A stretch of 64,000 nt of DNA from an uncultured Gammaproteobacteria bacterium (GTDB taxonomy: Bacteria; Pseudomonadota; Gammaproteobacteria; UBA9214), in assembly GCA_963803275.1 (NCBI GenBank), contig CAWDLS010000001.1, positions 596,107-660,106 on the forward strand, written 5' to 3'. Under the pieces are notes generated by a model. The model was not told where the DNA came from and ran no database searches. It saw nothing but the letters and a program-made list of their open reading frames with translations. Every line of letters starts with the position of its first letter. The first letter of the stretch is position 1. The position numbers were made by a program, and so were the translations under genes. Positions 10,098 to 22,326 of the stretch are shown one piece after another.

Positions 10098-12257
10098 TCA
10101 GCTGCGCGTACGCGTGATGCGGATCACCGAGGGAATATTACGCACGTGGCGCATCACGCTGGCGAGGTGCTGACGGTTGCGCACCGTGAGGCGGAACTTG
10201 AGGAGATTGGTCAGGCCGTCGCCCTCCTCGATGCCGACGTTCTCGATATTGGAGTCGGCGTCACCGATCACCTTGGCCACCGTTGCCAGCATGCCGCGCC
10301 GGTCAGCGACCTCGATGCTGACATCGACCGGAAATTCCTCGTTGATACCCGGTTCCCACTGAACCTCGAGACAGCTCTCGGGCGGATACTTGCGTTCGGT
10401 GATGTTGCGGCAGTTCTGGGTGTGGATCATCATGCCGCGCCCGCTGGTAATCACACCCATGACCGGGTCGCCGGGTATCGGCCGGCAACATTTCGAAAAG
10501 CGCGTCACCATGCCCTCGGTACCGCGGATCACCAGCGGCGGCATGGTCGCGCCATCGCCGCCCGCCTCGCCGCCACGTTCGTCGGCAGGCAGCAGGGCGC
10601 GCGCCACCAGTACCGAGGGTCGCCTGCCCATGCCGATCTCGACCAGCAGATCATCCGGCGTCTTGATGTGGTATTCCTTCAACAGCGCCTGTACGCGTTC
10701 GCCGGATACCTGCGCGGCGGACGATCCGAACACGCCCAGCGCGCGATCCAGCATGCGGCGGCCAAGGCTGATCGCATCCTCGCGTTTCAGGTTCTTCTGA
10801 TAATGACGGATGCTGGAACGCGCCTTGGCGGACACCACGAAGCTGAGCCAGGCCGGGCTGGGCCGCGCACCGGGCCTGGTAATGATCTCCACCGTCTGGC
10901 CGCTGCGCAGGGTGGTGCGCAAGGGCACGTCCTGCCTGTCGACCCGTGCGGCAATACAGGTGTTACCGATGTCGGTATGCACGGCATAGGCGAAGTCGAC
11001 CACGGTCGCCCCGTGTTGCAGCTTCATGATCTCGCCCGTGGGTGTGAACACGTAAATGGCGTCGGGGAACAGGTCGAGCTTGACGTTCTCCAGAAACTCG
11101 AGCGAGTTGCCGGCATGCTTCTGCATTTCCAGCAGCTCGCTCAGCCACTCGCGCGCACCGGCATGCATCTGGTCGAGGTTCTGTTCGTTGGACTTGTATA
11201 CCCAGTGCGCCGCCACGCCGCTTTCCGCCACCCTGTCCATTTCCTCGGTGCGTATCTGCACCTCGATGGGTATACCGTAGGGACCGAACAGGATGGTGTG
11301 CAATGACTGGTAGCCGTTCGCCTTGGGAATGGCAATGTAGTCCTTGAATTTGCCCGGTACCGGCTTGTAGAGGTTGTGCACGACCCCGAGCACGCGGTAA
11401 CAGGTATCGACCTTGTCGACCACGATGCGGAACGCGTACACATCGTAGATCTCCTCGAACGACAGCGTCTTGTCGCGGATTTTCTTGTACAGACTGTAGA
11501 GGTGTTTCTCGCGGCTCAGGATCCGTCCGTCCATGTGCTCCTGCCGTACGCGTCGCTTGATCGCCGTCTCGATCCTGTTGAGCACTTCCTTGCGGTGGCC
11601 GCGCGCCGCGCGCACCGCCTTCTCCAGCACCTTGTAGCGCAACGGGTAGAGCGCCAGGAACCCCAGATCCTCCAGCTCCACACGCAGCGCGTTGATACCG
11701 AGCCGGTTCGCGATCGGCGCGTAGATATCCAGCGTTTCGCGCGCAATGCGCCGGCGCTTGTCCGACCGCATGACGTTCAGTGTCCGCATGTTGTGCAACC
11801 GGTCTGCCAGCTTCACCAGGATGACGCGGATGTCGCGCACCATGGCCAGGATCATCTTGCGGAAGTTTTCCGCCTGCGCCTCGGCGGAACTCTCGAATTC
11901 GATCTGCGTCAGTTTGCTTACGCCGTCCACCAGATCCGCGACATCATTGCCGAACTCCAGGGCAATCTGTTCCTTCACCGTGGGCGTATCCTCGATCACG
12001 TCGTGCAGGATGGCGGCGATGATGGATTTGTGATCGAGCCGCAGCTCGGCGAGGATGCGTGCCGCGGCGATGGGGTGATAGATATAGGGCTCGCCGGACA
12101 GGCGGATCTGACCCTCGTGGGCTTCGGCACCGAACAGATAGGCGCGGTAGACCTCCTGCACCTGTGCCGGCTCCAGGTAGGCCTCCAGCATCTTGCACAG
12201 GTCACTGATCAGGAAACGCGAGGTCTGGTCAGTGAGAATTTCCGCTCTGCTTGCCAT
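10098..12257 (-). CDS. spoT: bifunctional (p)ppGpp synthetase/hydrolase SpoT
   Basis: HD domain (HDVIEDT), synthetase domain, TGS and ACT regions. Downstream of rpoZ. Start may be at 12191. Confidence 0.9.
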   Translation of the reverse strand: MASRAEILTDQTSRFLISDLCKMLEAYLEPAQVQEVYRAYLFGAEAHEGQIRLSGEPYIYHPIAAARILAELRLDHKSIIAAILHDVIEDTPTVKEQIALEFGNDVADLVDGVSKLTQIEFESSAEAQAENFRKMILAMVRDIRVILVKLADRLHNMRTLNVMRSDKRRRIARETLDIYAPIANRLGINALRVELEDLGFLALYPLRYKVLEKAVRAARGHRKEVLNRIETAIKRRVRQEHMDGRILSREKHLYSLYKKIRDKTLSFEEIYDVYAFRIVVDKVDTCYRVLGVVHNLYKPVPGKFKDYIAIPKANGYQSLHTILFGPYGIPIEVQIRTEEMDRVAESGVAAHWVYKSNEQNLDQMHAGAREWLSELLEMQKHAGNSLEFLENVKLDLFPDAIYVFTPTGEIMKLQHGATVVDFAYAVHTDIGNTCIAARVDRQDVPLRTTLRSGQTVEIITRPGARPSPAWLSFVVSAKARSSIRHYQKNLKREDAISLGRRMLDRALGVFGSSAAQVSGERVQALLKEYHIKTPDDLLVEIGMGRRPSVLVARALLPADERGGEAGGDGATMPPLVIRGTEGMVTRFSKCCRPIPGDPVMGVITSGRGMMIHTQNCRNITERKYPPESCLEVQWEPGINEEFPVDVSIEVADRRGMLATVAKVIGDADSNIENVGIEEGDGLTNLLKFRLTVRNRQHLASVMRHVRNIPSVIRITRTRS

Positions 12258-12423
12258 AGGTTTACCGGCAGGCGGGTGACGCCGCTGCCCGTTGCTGGTT
12301 TGACGACCGGATCAACTATAACTCCAATGTCCACGCACGCACATAGTCACGCGCCCCCGCGACAGGCAGGGACCATGAAACATGGCGGAGGGAAAGTCGC
12401 CCGGGCAGGCGGGCAGTGGGGGT

Positions 12424-12729
12424 TTAGAGCTGCGTGTCGTCCACGGGGGGTGCAGCATCGGCAGCCGGACCGGTATCGGACAGGATCGCCATATCCTCGG
12501 CATCGATCTCGTCTTCCAGCACCGGTTCGATCTTTTCATCCAGCAATGACGGCCCGATCAGGCCTTCGGCGATTTCACGCAGCGCCACGATGGTCGGCTT
12601 GTCGTTTTCCCAGGGAACCAGCGGCATGACGCCATTGGCCAGCTGGCGCGCCCGCTTGGTTGCCAGCAGGACCAGCTGAAAGCGGTTATCCACCTTGTCG
12701 AGACAGTCTTCTACCGTTACACGCGCCAT
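12424..12729 (-). CDS. rpoZ: RNA polymerase omega subunit
   Basis: [30 protein letters not shown]. Confidence 0.9.
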   Translation of the reverse strand: MARVTVEDCLDKVDNRFQLVLLATKRARQLANGVMPLVPWENDKPTIVALREIAEGLIGPSLLDEKIEPVLEDEIDAEDMAILSDTGPAADAAPPVDDTQL

Positions 12730-12797
12730 GATGCTCTCCGAAAATCCGCCATGCCGTCGCTGAGTTGCTGACGAACGGGCACGGGAGTGTAACCGAA

Positions 12798-14307
<1,510 letters not shown>

Positions 14308-14457
14308 GCGTGCTCCGGGTACCGTCCTGACGAGCCGTAATGGTAAGCCATTAGCCCGCCAAAGGAAAAGCAGCGCAATGACCGTCCCGAGAATCGACAA
14401 AGCCGCTGTAACCGATACGGTTACAGCGGCTTCTGGCGGCTGCCGGCCTGCGTTGGA

Positions 14458-14766
14458 CTAGAGCTCGCCGAGCGGCCTGACGAAGGTGTATTTAACCGGT
14501 TTCATGACCAGCTCATCAGCCGCCTCGTCCACATTGCCGCCGAGTGCGCTGAACGGCAGCGTGACGATGAAGGTGACCAGCCCGGCCGCACTACCGAGCA
14601 GCATCACCGGCCGGATCATGATCGCATCGGCCAGCATGGCACCGCCACTCGGAGTGGTATTACCATCGAAGCTGCTCGCGGCTGCCGCGGGGACGAACAC
14701 CAGCTGGGTGATCGCAAGTATGGCGGCAAGGACAGTGCCGGCCAGTTTCCTGTATGAATGTTGCAT
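14458..14766 (-). CDS. hypothetical small exported/membrane protein
   Basis: About 102 aa from MQHSYRKLAGTVLAAILAITQLVFVPAAAA (signal peptide) with GGAGA RBS. A second hydrophobic segment follows. No family recognised. Confidence 0.45.
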   Translation of the reverse strand: MQHSYRKLAGTVLAAILAITQLVFVPAAAASSFDGNTTPSGGAMLADAIMIRPVMLLGSAAGLVTFIVTLPFSALGGNVDEAADELVMKPVKYTFVRPLGEL

Positions 14767-15096
14767 ATTCCTGAATCTCCATGTGAGCGATCCGGGCTGG
14801 ATCCTGAGCGGTACGCGCATGGCGATACATCGTCCAGCCGTATGCCAACCTTTACAGTACCGGGAGACATGCCGTAAAAAACCGCGGTACGGATCAGCCT
14901 GCATACACCGCCAGCGTACACCACGTGCAACATAATACAAAGACAACTATCATTCAACATCAATGATTTACAGGACCAGGGCCGGAATTGCGCCGGTATC
15001 GGATGGCCCCTGCGGGCCGCTACCGGGGAGCGCGTGCATGGCCGGTACTTGATCGCGCTATACTGCGCGCCTGCAAGTCAACCACAGGTATCCAGC

Positions 15097-15816
15097 ATGC
15101 GCCCCAGCAACCGTGCTCCCGATGAGATGCGTCATGTCCGCATCACCCGCAATTACACCAAACATGCCGAAGGATCCGTACTCGTCGAATTCGGCGATAC
15201 CCGCGTGTTGTGCAATGCCACTGTCGAGGACCGCATACCCGGTTTCCTGCGCGGCAAGGGCGAGGGCTGGGTGACGGCCGAATACGGCATGCTGCCACGC
15301 TCGACCAGCAGTCGCATGGGACGTGAGGCGGCACGCGGCAGGCAGGGCGGCCGTACACTCGAAATCCAGCGCCTCATCGGCCGCTCCCTGCGCGCCGTCA
15401 TGGACATGAAGGCACTGGGCGAACGCAGTATCACCATCGACTGCGATGTGATCCAGGCCGACGGCGGCACCCGTACCGCCAGCATTACCGGCGGCTATGT
15501 CGCATTGACCGACGCGGTACAGAGCCTGCTCGACAGCAAGGTACTGAACCGCAGCCCGCTTACCGGTCGCGTCGCCTCTGTTTCGGTCGGTATCTACCAG
15601 GGGACGCCGGTGCTCGACCTGGACTACCCGGAAGACTGCAACGCCGAGACCGATATGAACGTGGTCATGAACGATAACGGCGAGTTCATCGAGATACAGG
15701 GCACCGCGGAAGGGCACGCCTTCAGCCATGATGAACTCGGTGCCCTGCTGGCGCTGGCGCAGAAAGGCATCGCCGAACTGCTCGCCAGCCAGCAAACCTC
15801 CCTGCAGCAGGACTGA
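15097..15816 (+). CDS. rph: ribonuclease PH
   Basis: [39 protein letters not shown]...: RNase PH. Confidence 0.9.
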   Translation: MRPSNRAPDEMRHVRITRNYTKHAEGSVLVEFGDTRVLCNATVEDRIPGFLRGKGEGWVTAEYGMLPRSTSSRMGREAARGRQGGRTLEIQRLIGRSLRAVMDMKALGERSITIDCDVIQADGGTRTASITGGYVALTDAVQSLLDSKVLNRSPLTGRVASVSVGIYQGTPVLDLDYPEDCNAETDMNVVMNDNGEFIEIQGTAEGHAFSHDELGALLALAQKGIAELLASQQTSLQQD

Positions 15817-15901
15817 TCATCGAGGAGACGGCACCGTGTGAGCGAGAAAAACAGCAGCGGCCTGTCACCGTTCGTGTAGCGCTGACCCGGATCACGTAAC
15901 A

Positions 15902-16498
15902 GTGAAAGAGATCGTTCTCGCCAGCAGCAACCGTGGCAAGGTCCGCGAAATCAACCAGTTGTTGTCTGATATCGATCTGCAGGTGCGTCCGCAGAGCGGT
16001 TTCGGCGTCACGGATGTCGAGGAGACCGGCCTCACATTTGTCGAGAATGCCATCCTCAAGGCGCGCAATGCCTCGAGCCATACCGGCCTGCCGGCCGTCG
16101 CCGACGATTCGGGACTGGAGGTCGACGCACTCAACGGGGCACCCGGCATCTACTCGGCACGCTATGCCGGCAGCGGCGCCGGCGACCAGGCCAACCTGGA
16201 AAAACTGCTCGAGGTGCTGAAAGATATACCGGAAGCCCGGCGCAGCGCGCGTTTCCAGTGCCTGCTGGTGTTCCTGCGACACGCCGGCGATCCGACCCCG
16301 GTAATCTGCCAGGGTACCTGGGAAGGGCGTATCCTGTTTGCCCCGCGCGGTGACAATGGCTTCGGCTATGACCCGGTGTTCTATGTGCCGACACACAACT
16401 GTACCTCCGCCGAGCTGGCGCCGGAGGTGAAGAATGCACTCAGTCATCGCGGGCAGGCGCTGCGAAAACTTGCAGTTGCACTGCAGCATTTCAGGTAA
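15902..16498 (+). CDS. rdgB: dITP/XTP pyrophosphatase RdgB (Ham1 family)
   Basis: GTG start, [17 protein letters not shown]...: Ham1 family. Confidence 0.9.
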   Translation: MKEIVLASSNRGKVREINQLLSDIDLQVRPQSGFGVTDVEETGLTFVENAILKARNASSHTGLPAVADDSGLEVDALNGAPGIYSARYAGSGAGDQANLEKLLEVLKDIPEARRSARFQCLLVFLRHAGDPTPVICQGTWEGRILFAPRGDNGFGYDPVFYVPTHNCTSAELAPEVKNALSHRGQALRKLAVALQHFR

Positions 16499-16622
16499 GC
16501 AAGCTGTCTGCCCAACCCGTCACCGTACATAATTTCAGACGCTGAACATGAATTCGTTGCAGGATTCGCCCGACAGGGCGGAACCTGACTATCACTGATA
16601 ATGGCCTTCACAGACATAACCC

Positions 16623-17807
16623 ATGTTCAACTTCACAACCACACCACCCCTGACGCTCTACGTCCACATCCCGTGGTGCGTGCGAAAATGCCCATACTGC
16701 GATTTCAATTCGCACGAGATACGCGACGGCATCCCGGAACGGGCCTACATCAGCGCCCTGCTGGCCGATCTGGAACAGGACCTGCCCGCGGTCTGGGGAC
16801 GCCCGGTGAATAGCGTCTTTTTCGGCGGCGGCACGCCCAGCCTGTTTTCACCCGACGCGATCGAGCGCCTGCTGGGCGACCTGCGCGCCAGGATACCGGT
16901 GCAGCCGGGTGCGGAAATCACCCTTGAGGCGAACCCCGGCACAGTAGATTACGAACGCTTCCACGGCTTCCGCACGGCCGGTATCAATCGCCTGTCGATC
17001 GGCGTGCAAAGCTTTCAGCCCGGGCTGCTGGAAAAGATCGGGCGCATCCACAGCCGGCGTGAGGCGATCCGCGCCGCTGAGGCCGCTCATCATGCCGGCT
17101 TTGACAATTTCAATATCGACCTGATGTTCGGCCTGCCCGGCCAGACAGAACAGCAGGCCCTGGCCGACCTGCGCATCGCCATGGATCTGGAGCCTGCGCA
17201 TATTTCCTGGTACGAGCTCACCATCGAGCCCAATACCTGGTTTTACCGGCATCCGCCGCAGCGGCCGGATGACGACCTGCTCTGGGCGATGCAGTCGGGC
17301 GGGCACGCACTGCTGGAACAGCGCGGCTATGCACGATACGAAGTTTCCGCCTATGCACAAGACGGCCGCCGCTGCCGGCACAACCTCAACTACTGGCAAT
17401 TCGGTGACTATCTCGGGATCGGCGCCGGTGCGCACGGCAAGCTGACCGATACCGCACACCAGCTCGTCCGGCGCAGTGCAAAGATCCGCCATCCCCGGGA
17501 CTACCTGGATGCGTACGGCAGCAACCGCTTTTGCAGCACACAACGGGAACTGACACCCGGTGATGTCATACTGGAGTTTCTCATGAACGCGCTGCGTCTC
17601 GAGCAGGGCTTCACCACAGATGCATTCACGGCAGTCACCGGGTTGCCGCTTGCCTTGCTTGAGCCAGGCGCAACGAGGGCCATCGGCGATGGGCTGCTGG
17701 TCCACACAGACGACCGCTGGCACGCCTCGCAAAAAGGTCAACACTACCTCAATGAACTGCTACAGTACTGGATGCCGGAGGTGGATAGCGATGCTCATGC
17801 AGGTTGA
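16623..17807 (+). CDS. hemW: radical SAM heme chaperone HemW (HemN-like)
   Basis: LYVHIPWCVRKCPYCDFNS radical-SAM motif. 394 aa. Confidence 0.9.
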   Translation: MFNFTTTPPLTLYVHIPWCVRKCPYCDFNSHEIRDGIPERAYISALLADLEQDLPAVWGRPVNSVFFGGGTPSLFSPDAIERLLGDLRARIPVQPGAEITLEANPGTVDYERFHGFRTAGINRLSIGVQSFQPGLLEKIGRIHSRREAIRAAEAAHHAGFDNFNIDLMFGLPGQTEQQALADLRIAMDLEPAHISWYELTIEPNTWFYRHPPQRPDDDLLWAMQSGGHALLEQRGYARYEVSAYAQDGRRCRHNLNYWQFGDYLGIGAGAHGKLTDTAHQLVRRSAKIRHPRDYLDAYGSNRFCSTQRELTPGDVILEFLMNALRLEQGFTTDAFTAVTGLPLALLEPGATRAIGDGLLVHTDDRWHASQKGQHYLNELLQYWMPEVDSDAHAG

Positions 17808-17973
17808 CTGCCCCTATTGTGGCGAGGTTTATGACGCCGCCGTCGAGACATACGATGGCAGCCAGGACTACATCGAGGATTGCCCGGTCTGCTGCAGGCC
17901 GATCGAGTTTCACCTTGAGACCGGCGCCGATGCCGAACTGCTGACGCTGACAACACGACGTGACGATGACTGA
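17791..17973 (+). CDS. CPXCG-motif cysteine-rich zinc-finger protein
   Basis: 60 aa, MLMQVDCPYCGE...CPVCCRPIEF. Overlaps the hemW 3' end by 17 nt. Confidence 0.6.
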   Translation: MLMQVDCPYCGEVYDAAVETYDGSQDYIEDCPVCCRPIEFHLETGADAELLTLTTRRDDD

Positions 17974-18202
17974 CTATGTCCCGATAGACTGTGCCGTGCA
18001 CAGCGGCTACGAACTTGCCATCATGCACCATCGGCGGTTGCGCCTGGCCTGGCTGGGTGATGGCGGGATAATGCATATCATGACGGTCGTACCTACCGAC
18101 CTGCGCACGACGAATCACGAGGAATTCATGGACGCGACCGACGTGCAGGGTAACCGGCACAGCATCCGACTCGATCGCATACAGCACCACGAAGTACTGT
18201 AA
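17966..18202 (+). CDS. rof: Rho-binding antiterminator Rof (YaeO)
   Basis: MTDYVPIDCAVHSGYELAIMHHRRLRLAWL...IRLDRI aligns with E. coli Rof (MNDTYQPINCDDYDNLELACQHHLMLTLEL...LRLDKI). Confidence 0.65.
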   Translation: MTDYVPIDCAVHSGYELAIMHHRRLRLAWLGDGGIMHIMTVVPTDLRTTNHEEFMDATDVQGNRHSIRLDRIQHHEVL

Positions 18203-18272
18203 CCGTCCGGTTAATGCGCCCGGGCGACCGGACGATAGCTACCCCGACGGACCCAGACCCCGGGATGCATGA

Positions 18273-19745
18273 ATGGATGACCAGCACGACCTGGAACTGC
18301 TGCTGCGCTCGCGCGTGCCGCTGATCACAATCGAGACTCGCGATGAACAGCGCGTCACACGACTGTTTGGCAGCATCGCAGTCCGGCTCGTCATGCCGGT
18401 GATGGCGTGGTCGGCCACCACCGGCCTGCAGCGCATCGATATCGATCTCGCGCCACAGCGTCACGCCAGCGATCCGCAACTGGCATTGGGGCAAATCAGG
18501 GCGACCGGTTCACCGACCATCTACCTGCTGCTCGATTTTCATCCCTACCTCGAGGACGCCTATAACGTTCGCCTGCTGAAGGAAATCGCACTCGACTACG
18601 ACTCCCTGGGACATACGCTGGTTTTTGTGAGCCATGAAATAAAGCTACCCGCGGATCTCGCTGGCCTGGCTGCGCAATTTTCACTGTCGTTACCGGACCG
18701 GGAGCGCTTGCACGCAATGGTCCGCGAAGAGGCGGCGCACTGGGCAAAGACCAATCCGGGCAAGCAGGTCAGGACCGACCGCAAGACGCTTGAGCTTGTC
18801 ACCAACCAGCTGCGCGGCCTGACCGCTACCGACGCACGGCGTATCATCCGCAGCATCATCTTCGACGATGGCGCCATCCGTGCAGATGACCTGGAGCGGG
18901 TGACACGCGCACGCTACCGGCTGCTCGAGGCCAACGGGGCGATCTCCTGCGAATTCGACACCACCGATTTCGCCGCCGTCGGCGGCCTGCAGCACCTGAA
19001 ACGCTGGATAGCGCGGCGGCACACCGCATTCACGAATCCCGAGGCAAACCAGGACCTGCCCAGGGGCATCCTGCTGGTCGGCGTGCAGGGCAGCGGCAAG
19101 AGCCTTGCGGCCAGGGCCGTCGCCGGCATGTGGTCATTGCCGCTGCTGCGTCTCGATTTCGGCACACTCTATAACAAGTTCTTTGGCGAAACCGAACGTA
19201 ACCTGCGCGAGGCGCTCAGGGCGGCCGAGGCCATGGCGCCCTGCGTACTGTGGATCGACGAGATCGAGAAGGCCATCGCCGCGGGGGATACCGACAGCGG
19301 CACCTCGCGCCGGATCCTCGGCAACCTGTTGACCTGGATGGCTGAGCGCAGGGCACCGGTGTTTGTCGCGGCCACCGCCAACGCCATCGACGAGCTGCCG
19401 CCGGAACTGATCCGCAAGGGGCGGCTGGATGAAATCTTCTTCGTCGATCTACCGGATACGGCCACGCGCGCCGAGATCTTTGCCATTCACCTGCGCAAGC
19501 GCGGTCACAAGCCCATCGAATTCAACCTGCGTGAACTCGCCGGTCTAACCGACGGCTTCTCCGGTGCCGAGATCGAGCAGGCCATCGTGGCGGCCAGCTA
19601 CCTGGCGCGCGAGCAGCACGCCCCGCTGGATTCGGAGCATATCCGCCTCGAGATCGGGCAGACCCGTCCCCTGTCGCAGGTCATGGCGGAAAAAATTGCC
19701 CGACTGCGCCTGTGGGCAAAGGACCGCACGGTCCCGGCCAACTGA
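18273..19745 (+). CDS. AAA+ family ATPase, Ycf46-like
   Basis: 490 aa with an N-terminal uncharacterised domain. C-terminal classical AAA: Walker A GVQGSGKS, Walker B LWIDEIEK, second region of homology. The C-terminal half closely resembles cyanobacterial Ycf46. Confidence 0.8.
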   Translation: MDDQHDLELLLRSRVPLITIETRDEQRVTRLFGSIAVRLVMPVMAWSATTGLQRIDIDLAPQRHASDPQLALGQIRATGSPTIYLLLDFHPYLEDAYNVRLLKEIALDYDSLGHTLVFVSHEIKLPADLAGLAAQFSLSLPDRERLHAMVREEAAHWAKTNPGKQVRTDRKTLELVTNQLRGLTATDARRIIRSIIFDDGAIRADDLERVTRARYRLLEANGAISCEFDTTDFAAVGGLQHLKRWIARRHTAFTNPEANQDLPRGILLVGVQGSGKSLAARAVAGMWSLPLLRLDFGTLYNKFFGETERNLREALRAAEAMAPCVLWIDEIEKAIAAGDTDSGTSRRILGNLLTWMAERRAPVFVAATANAIDELPPELIRKGRLDEIFFVDLPDTATRAEIFAIHLRKRGHKPIEFNLRELAGLTDGFSGAEIEQAIVAASYLAREQHAPLDSEHIRLEIGQTRPLSQVMAEKIARLRLWAKDRTVPAN

Positions 19746-19846
19746 CACCGTTTCGGCCTGCGGGCTCCCCGGACTGCCAGCACCATACCCCATCCGGGCA
19801 AGCACCCCGAACTCCCTCGCCGGGGCAAGACTGTTTCTGTTGTCCA

Positions 19847-19870
19847 CCGGCTTATCCACAAGCCGGTTGA
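19847..19870 (+). terminator. hairpin downstream of the AAA ATPase gene
   Basis: CCGGCTT-atccac-AAGCCGG followed by TTGATGTT. Weak T tract. Confidence 0.35.
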
Positions 19871-20008
19871 TGTTAATGGATTGTTTTGTGTGGTGTTATC
19901 AGATTAATCCCCCAGTTTTTCCAGCACTGCCTGTGGATTTCTATGCTAGCATTGGATCACTTCGGTCAGAATAACAACAGCCGCACTGCGGCAGGTGAGG
20001 AGCCCGCC

Positions 20009-20365
20009 ATGCAAGACCCGAACGCAAGCCCGCCATTTGATTTCGATGGGTGGGCAAGACTTGCCAGCGATAACCCGCAAGCCTTTGAAAATAAACGTAA
20101 CTATGTCGTCGAGCAGCTGATAAGGCAGGCGCCCCTCCACAAGCAGCAACGCCTGCGCTGCCTGCAATGGAAACTGGACCATATCCGGCGCATGGCACCC
20201 ACACCGCTGGCGGCCAGTATCCGCATGAACCAGTTGCTGTGGGAGAGCGTGGCCGGCTCCGACGGCCTGCTGGATCGTCTGCGGCAACCGCTTAATGCCA
20301 GGCAGCGGCAACACACCGCCAGGGTGATCCCGTTCCCGGTCAACTTGTCGCAACCGCAGGATTAA
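20009..20365 (+). CDS. DUF3135-like hypothetical protein
   Basis: About 118 aa from [15 protein letters not shown] with GGTGAGGA RBS. Resembles the DUF3135 family. Confidence 0.5.
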   Translation: MQDPNASPPFDFDGWARLASDNPQAFENKRNYVVEQLIRQAPLHKQQRLRCLQWKLDHIRRMAPTPLAASIRMNQLLWESVAGSDGLLDRLRQPLNARQRQHTARVIPFPVNLSQPQD

Positions 20366-20439
20366 CGTATCATCCGCGGCCTTTTCCACGGTACCCGCTG
20401 CGGCATCCAACGGTAACCGACACACAGTACGAGGCAGTC

Positions 20440-20643
20440 ATGAAAGCTGATACACACCCGGCATACGAAACCGTCAAGGTCACCTGCAGCTGCGGCGAAT
20501 CCTTCCAGACCCGCTCGACCGCCGGCAGAGACCTCACCATCGAAGTCTGCTCCAAATGCCACCCGTTCTATACCGGCAAGCAAAAGATGGTGGATACCGG
20601 CGGTCGCGTCGACAAATTCCGTCAGCGTTACGGGAACAATTGA
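20440..20643 (+). CDS. rpmE: 50S ribosomal protein L31
   Basis: [27 protein letters not shown]...[12 protein letters not shown]. Confidence 0.9.
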   Translation: MKADTHPAYETVKVTCSCGESFQTRSTAGRDLTIEVCSKCHPFYTGKQKMVDTGGRVDKFRQRYGNN

Positions 20644-20654
20644 TCACCCCGCGG

Positions 20655-21479
20655 ATGCGGTCGGCTTTGTTCAGCACGGGGGCGTCCGGTTCGGCCGCCC
20701 CTTTTTTGTTTCTGGTCCTGTGCGCCGTCCTGCTATGCACTGCCAGTCAGCCATGCCCTGCCGCCGGATGTCCGGCCGGACACATAGACGAACGCGTCCA
20801 GGTTATCTATGTCTATGACGGCGATACTGTAAAACTCAAGGACGGCCGCCGCGTCCGGCTGATCGGCATCGACACGCCGGAAATCGACCGGAATGGCGGC
20901 AACAATGAGCCACTCGCAAACGAGGCACGCGCCACACTGAAGGATATGCTGGACCAGGAAAACCGCATCCTGCTTCTGCAGTACGGCGCAGAGCACCTGG
21001 ATCATTACGGTCGCCTGCTGGCGCACGGCTTCCTCCAGAACGGCGACAACGTCGCGGTCAGGTTGCTACAGAAGGGACTGGCGACAACGCTGGTGGTTCC
21101 ACCCAACACCTGGGCATTGGTATGCTACCAGCGGCTCGAGGATGATGCGCGCACAGACCGGATCGGGCTGTGGGCGCTGAACCGGTATCAAACCCTGGCC
21201 AGCAACGACCTGCCGGCCGACACAAGGGGATTTCGAATTGTGCGCGGTCGCGTAACAGGAATTCGCGAAACCTCCCGCAGCACCTGGATCGACCTGCAGG
21301 GTCCACTTGTCCTGCACATCAGCCACAAGGACCGGGCCAATTTCGCGCCCGGCTACCTGGAGCAACTGGTCGGCCGGACCGTCGAGGTGCGTGGCTGGAT
21401 CAAGCAGGACAGGAACGGCCTGCGGATGCATATCATTCACCCGGCGGCGCTGGTTGAAATCGCTGCCGGTCCACCGTAA
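20655..21479 (+). CDS. secreted thermonuclease (SNase-like) family protein
   Basis: Signal peptide followed by a staphylococcal-nuclease-like core (YDGDTVKL...RVRLIGIDTPE). The rpmE terminator hairpin lies inside the 5' end, so the true start may differ. Confidence 0.7.
   Translation: MRSALFSTGASGSAAPFLFLVLCAVLLCTASQPCPAAGCPAGHIDERVQVIYVYDGDTVKLKDGRRVRLIGIDTPEIDRNGGNNEPLANEARATLKDMLDQENRILLLQYGAEHLDHYGRLLAHGFLQNGDNVAVRLLQKGLATTLVVPPNTWALVCYQRLEDDARTDRIGLWALNRYQTLASNDLPADTRGFRIVRGRVTGIRETSRSTWIDLQGPLVLHISHKDRANFAPGYLEQLVGRTVEVRGWIKQDRNGLRMHIIHPAALVEIAAGPP
20678..20711 (+). terminator. rho-independent terminator after rpmE
   Basis: GGGGGCG-tccggttcg-GCCGCCCC followed by TTTTTTGTTT. Lies inside the annotated 5' end of the nuclease ORF. 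Confidence 0.5.
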
Positions 21480-21877
21480 TCGACAGCACCACGGTCGATG
21501 CCTTTGCCCTGACGGGTGGTTGCATCCAGAAAACCGACCGGCTCACCGGCCTTGCCGGCACGGCAAACGTACGTGGATATGGCCGTAATCACGAACCGGA
21601 AGCCGACCGGCCAGGCGACTTTATGGCCACCCCGAGGTCCTGCTCTTTCGTCCCGTTGACAATGACGGCGAGGCACGGCGCACGATCACCGATCTTAGCA
21701 AGTGCATCACGTCCCGCGCATTCATGACCGGGCGGGTGCGCCCGCTGCTCTACGTCGTGAGCCGCCGCGGCATGCAGCATTCATGTGCTGAGCACTGAAG
21801 AACAGCAACAGGCCGATGAAAAAACATCCCGGGGTCATCCCACTGCCGCAGGTATTCGCCCGACAGACCATGCGGGA

Positions 21878-22151
21878 CTAGAACCTATCTCATAATCCCC
21901 CGCGGCCGCGACCGTGGCGATTTTGGTTCAGGGCGCGGCGCGGTGAGCGTAGTGTAGCCGATGCTACATGAGCGAGCCGCAACAGGGCCATGGGCCAAAA
22001 TCGCCCGGTCCCAGGGGGTTGCGTCCGAACTGCGCGCCTGCGGCGTTGCCCCGCTTGCCCGTACGTCGAGTACTGTGCTGCGCGGTGCGCCTTGCCGGCA
22101 CACATTTCGGACTGCAACACGGTTCGCGCGGGATTATGAGATAGGTTCTAG
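21878..22151. mobile_element. MITE copy 1 (~275 bp, CTAGAACCTATCTCATAATCCCGCG terminal inverted repeats)
   Basis: Near-perfect 24-bp TIRs at both ends. Internally highly self-complementary (GGCGATTTTGG/CCAAAATCGCC, TGTAGC/GCTACA, GTCCGAA/TTCGGAC). No conserved ORF. Confidence 0.7.
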
Positions 22152-22326
22152 TCACCCGTGGCGAACTTTTCCGGGCAACAGCTGCGGCTCATGAGCAACA
22201 ATCATCCTGACGGGACCCGTAAACGGGCAGCCTGATGCAAATTGTTAGCCAGCAGACACACCTATATACTGTAGTCCTTGCAGGACATTGCCGATATAAA
22301 GGCGCTATCGCCACAAACAAGGACAC

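Noticed and set aside
21589-21780. 63-aa minus-strand ORF (MLHAAAAHDVEQ...) between the nuclease gene and MITE copy 1
   Set aside because: It could be a remnant of a gene disrupted by the MITE insertion, but it is too short and featureless to support.
21890-22120. Small ORFs inside the MITE copies (21890-22120 and 23324-23509) sharing a YGQAGQRRRRA peptide
   Set aside because: The shared frame is broken by indels between copies and the remaining residues differ, so the similarity is nucleotide-level, not coding.
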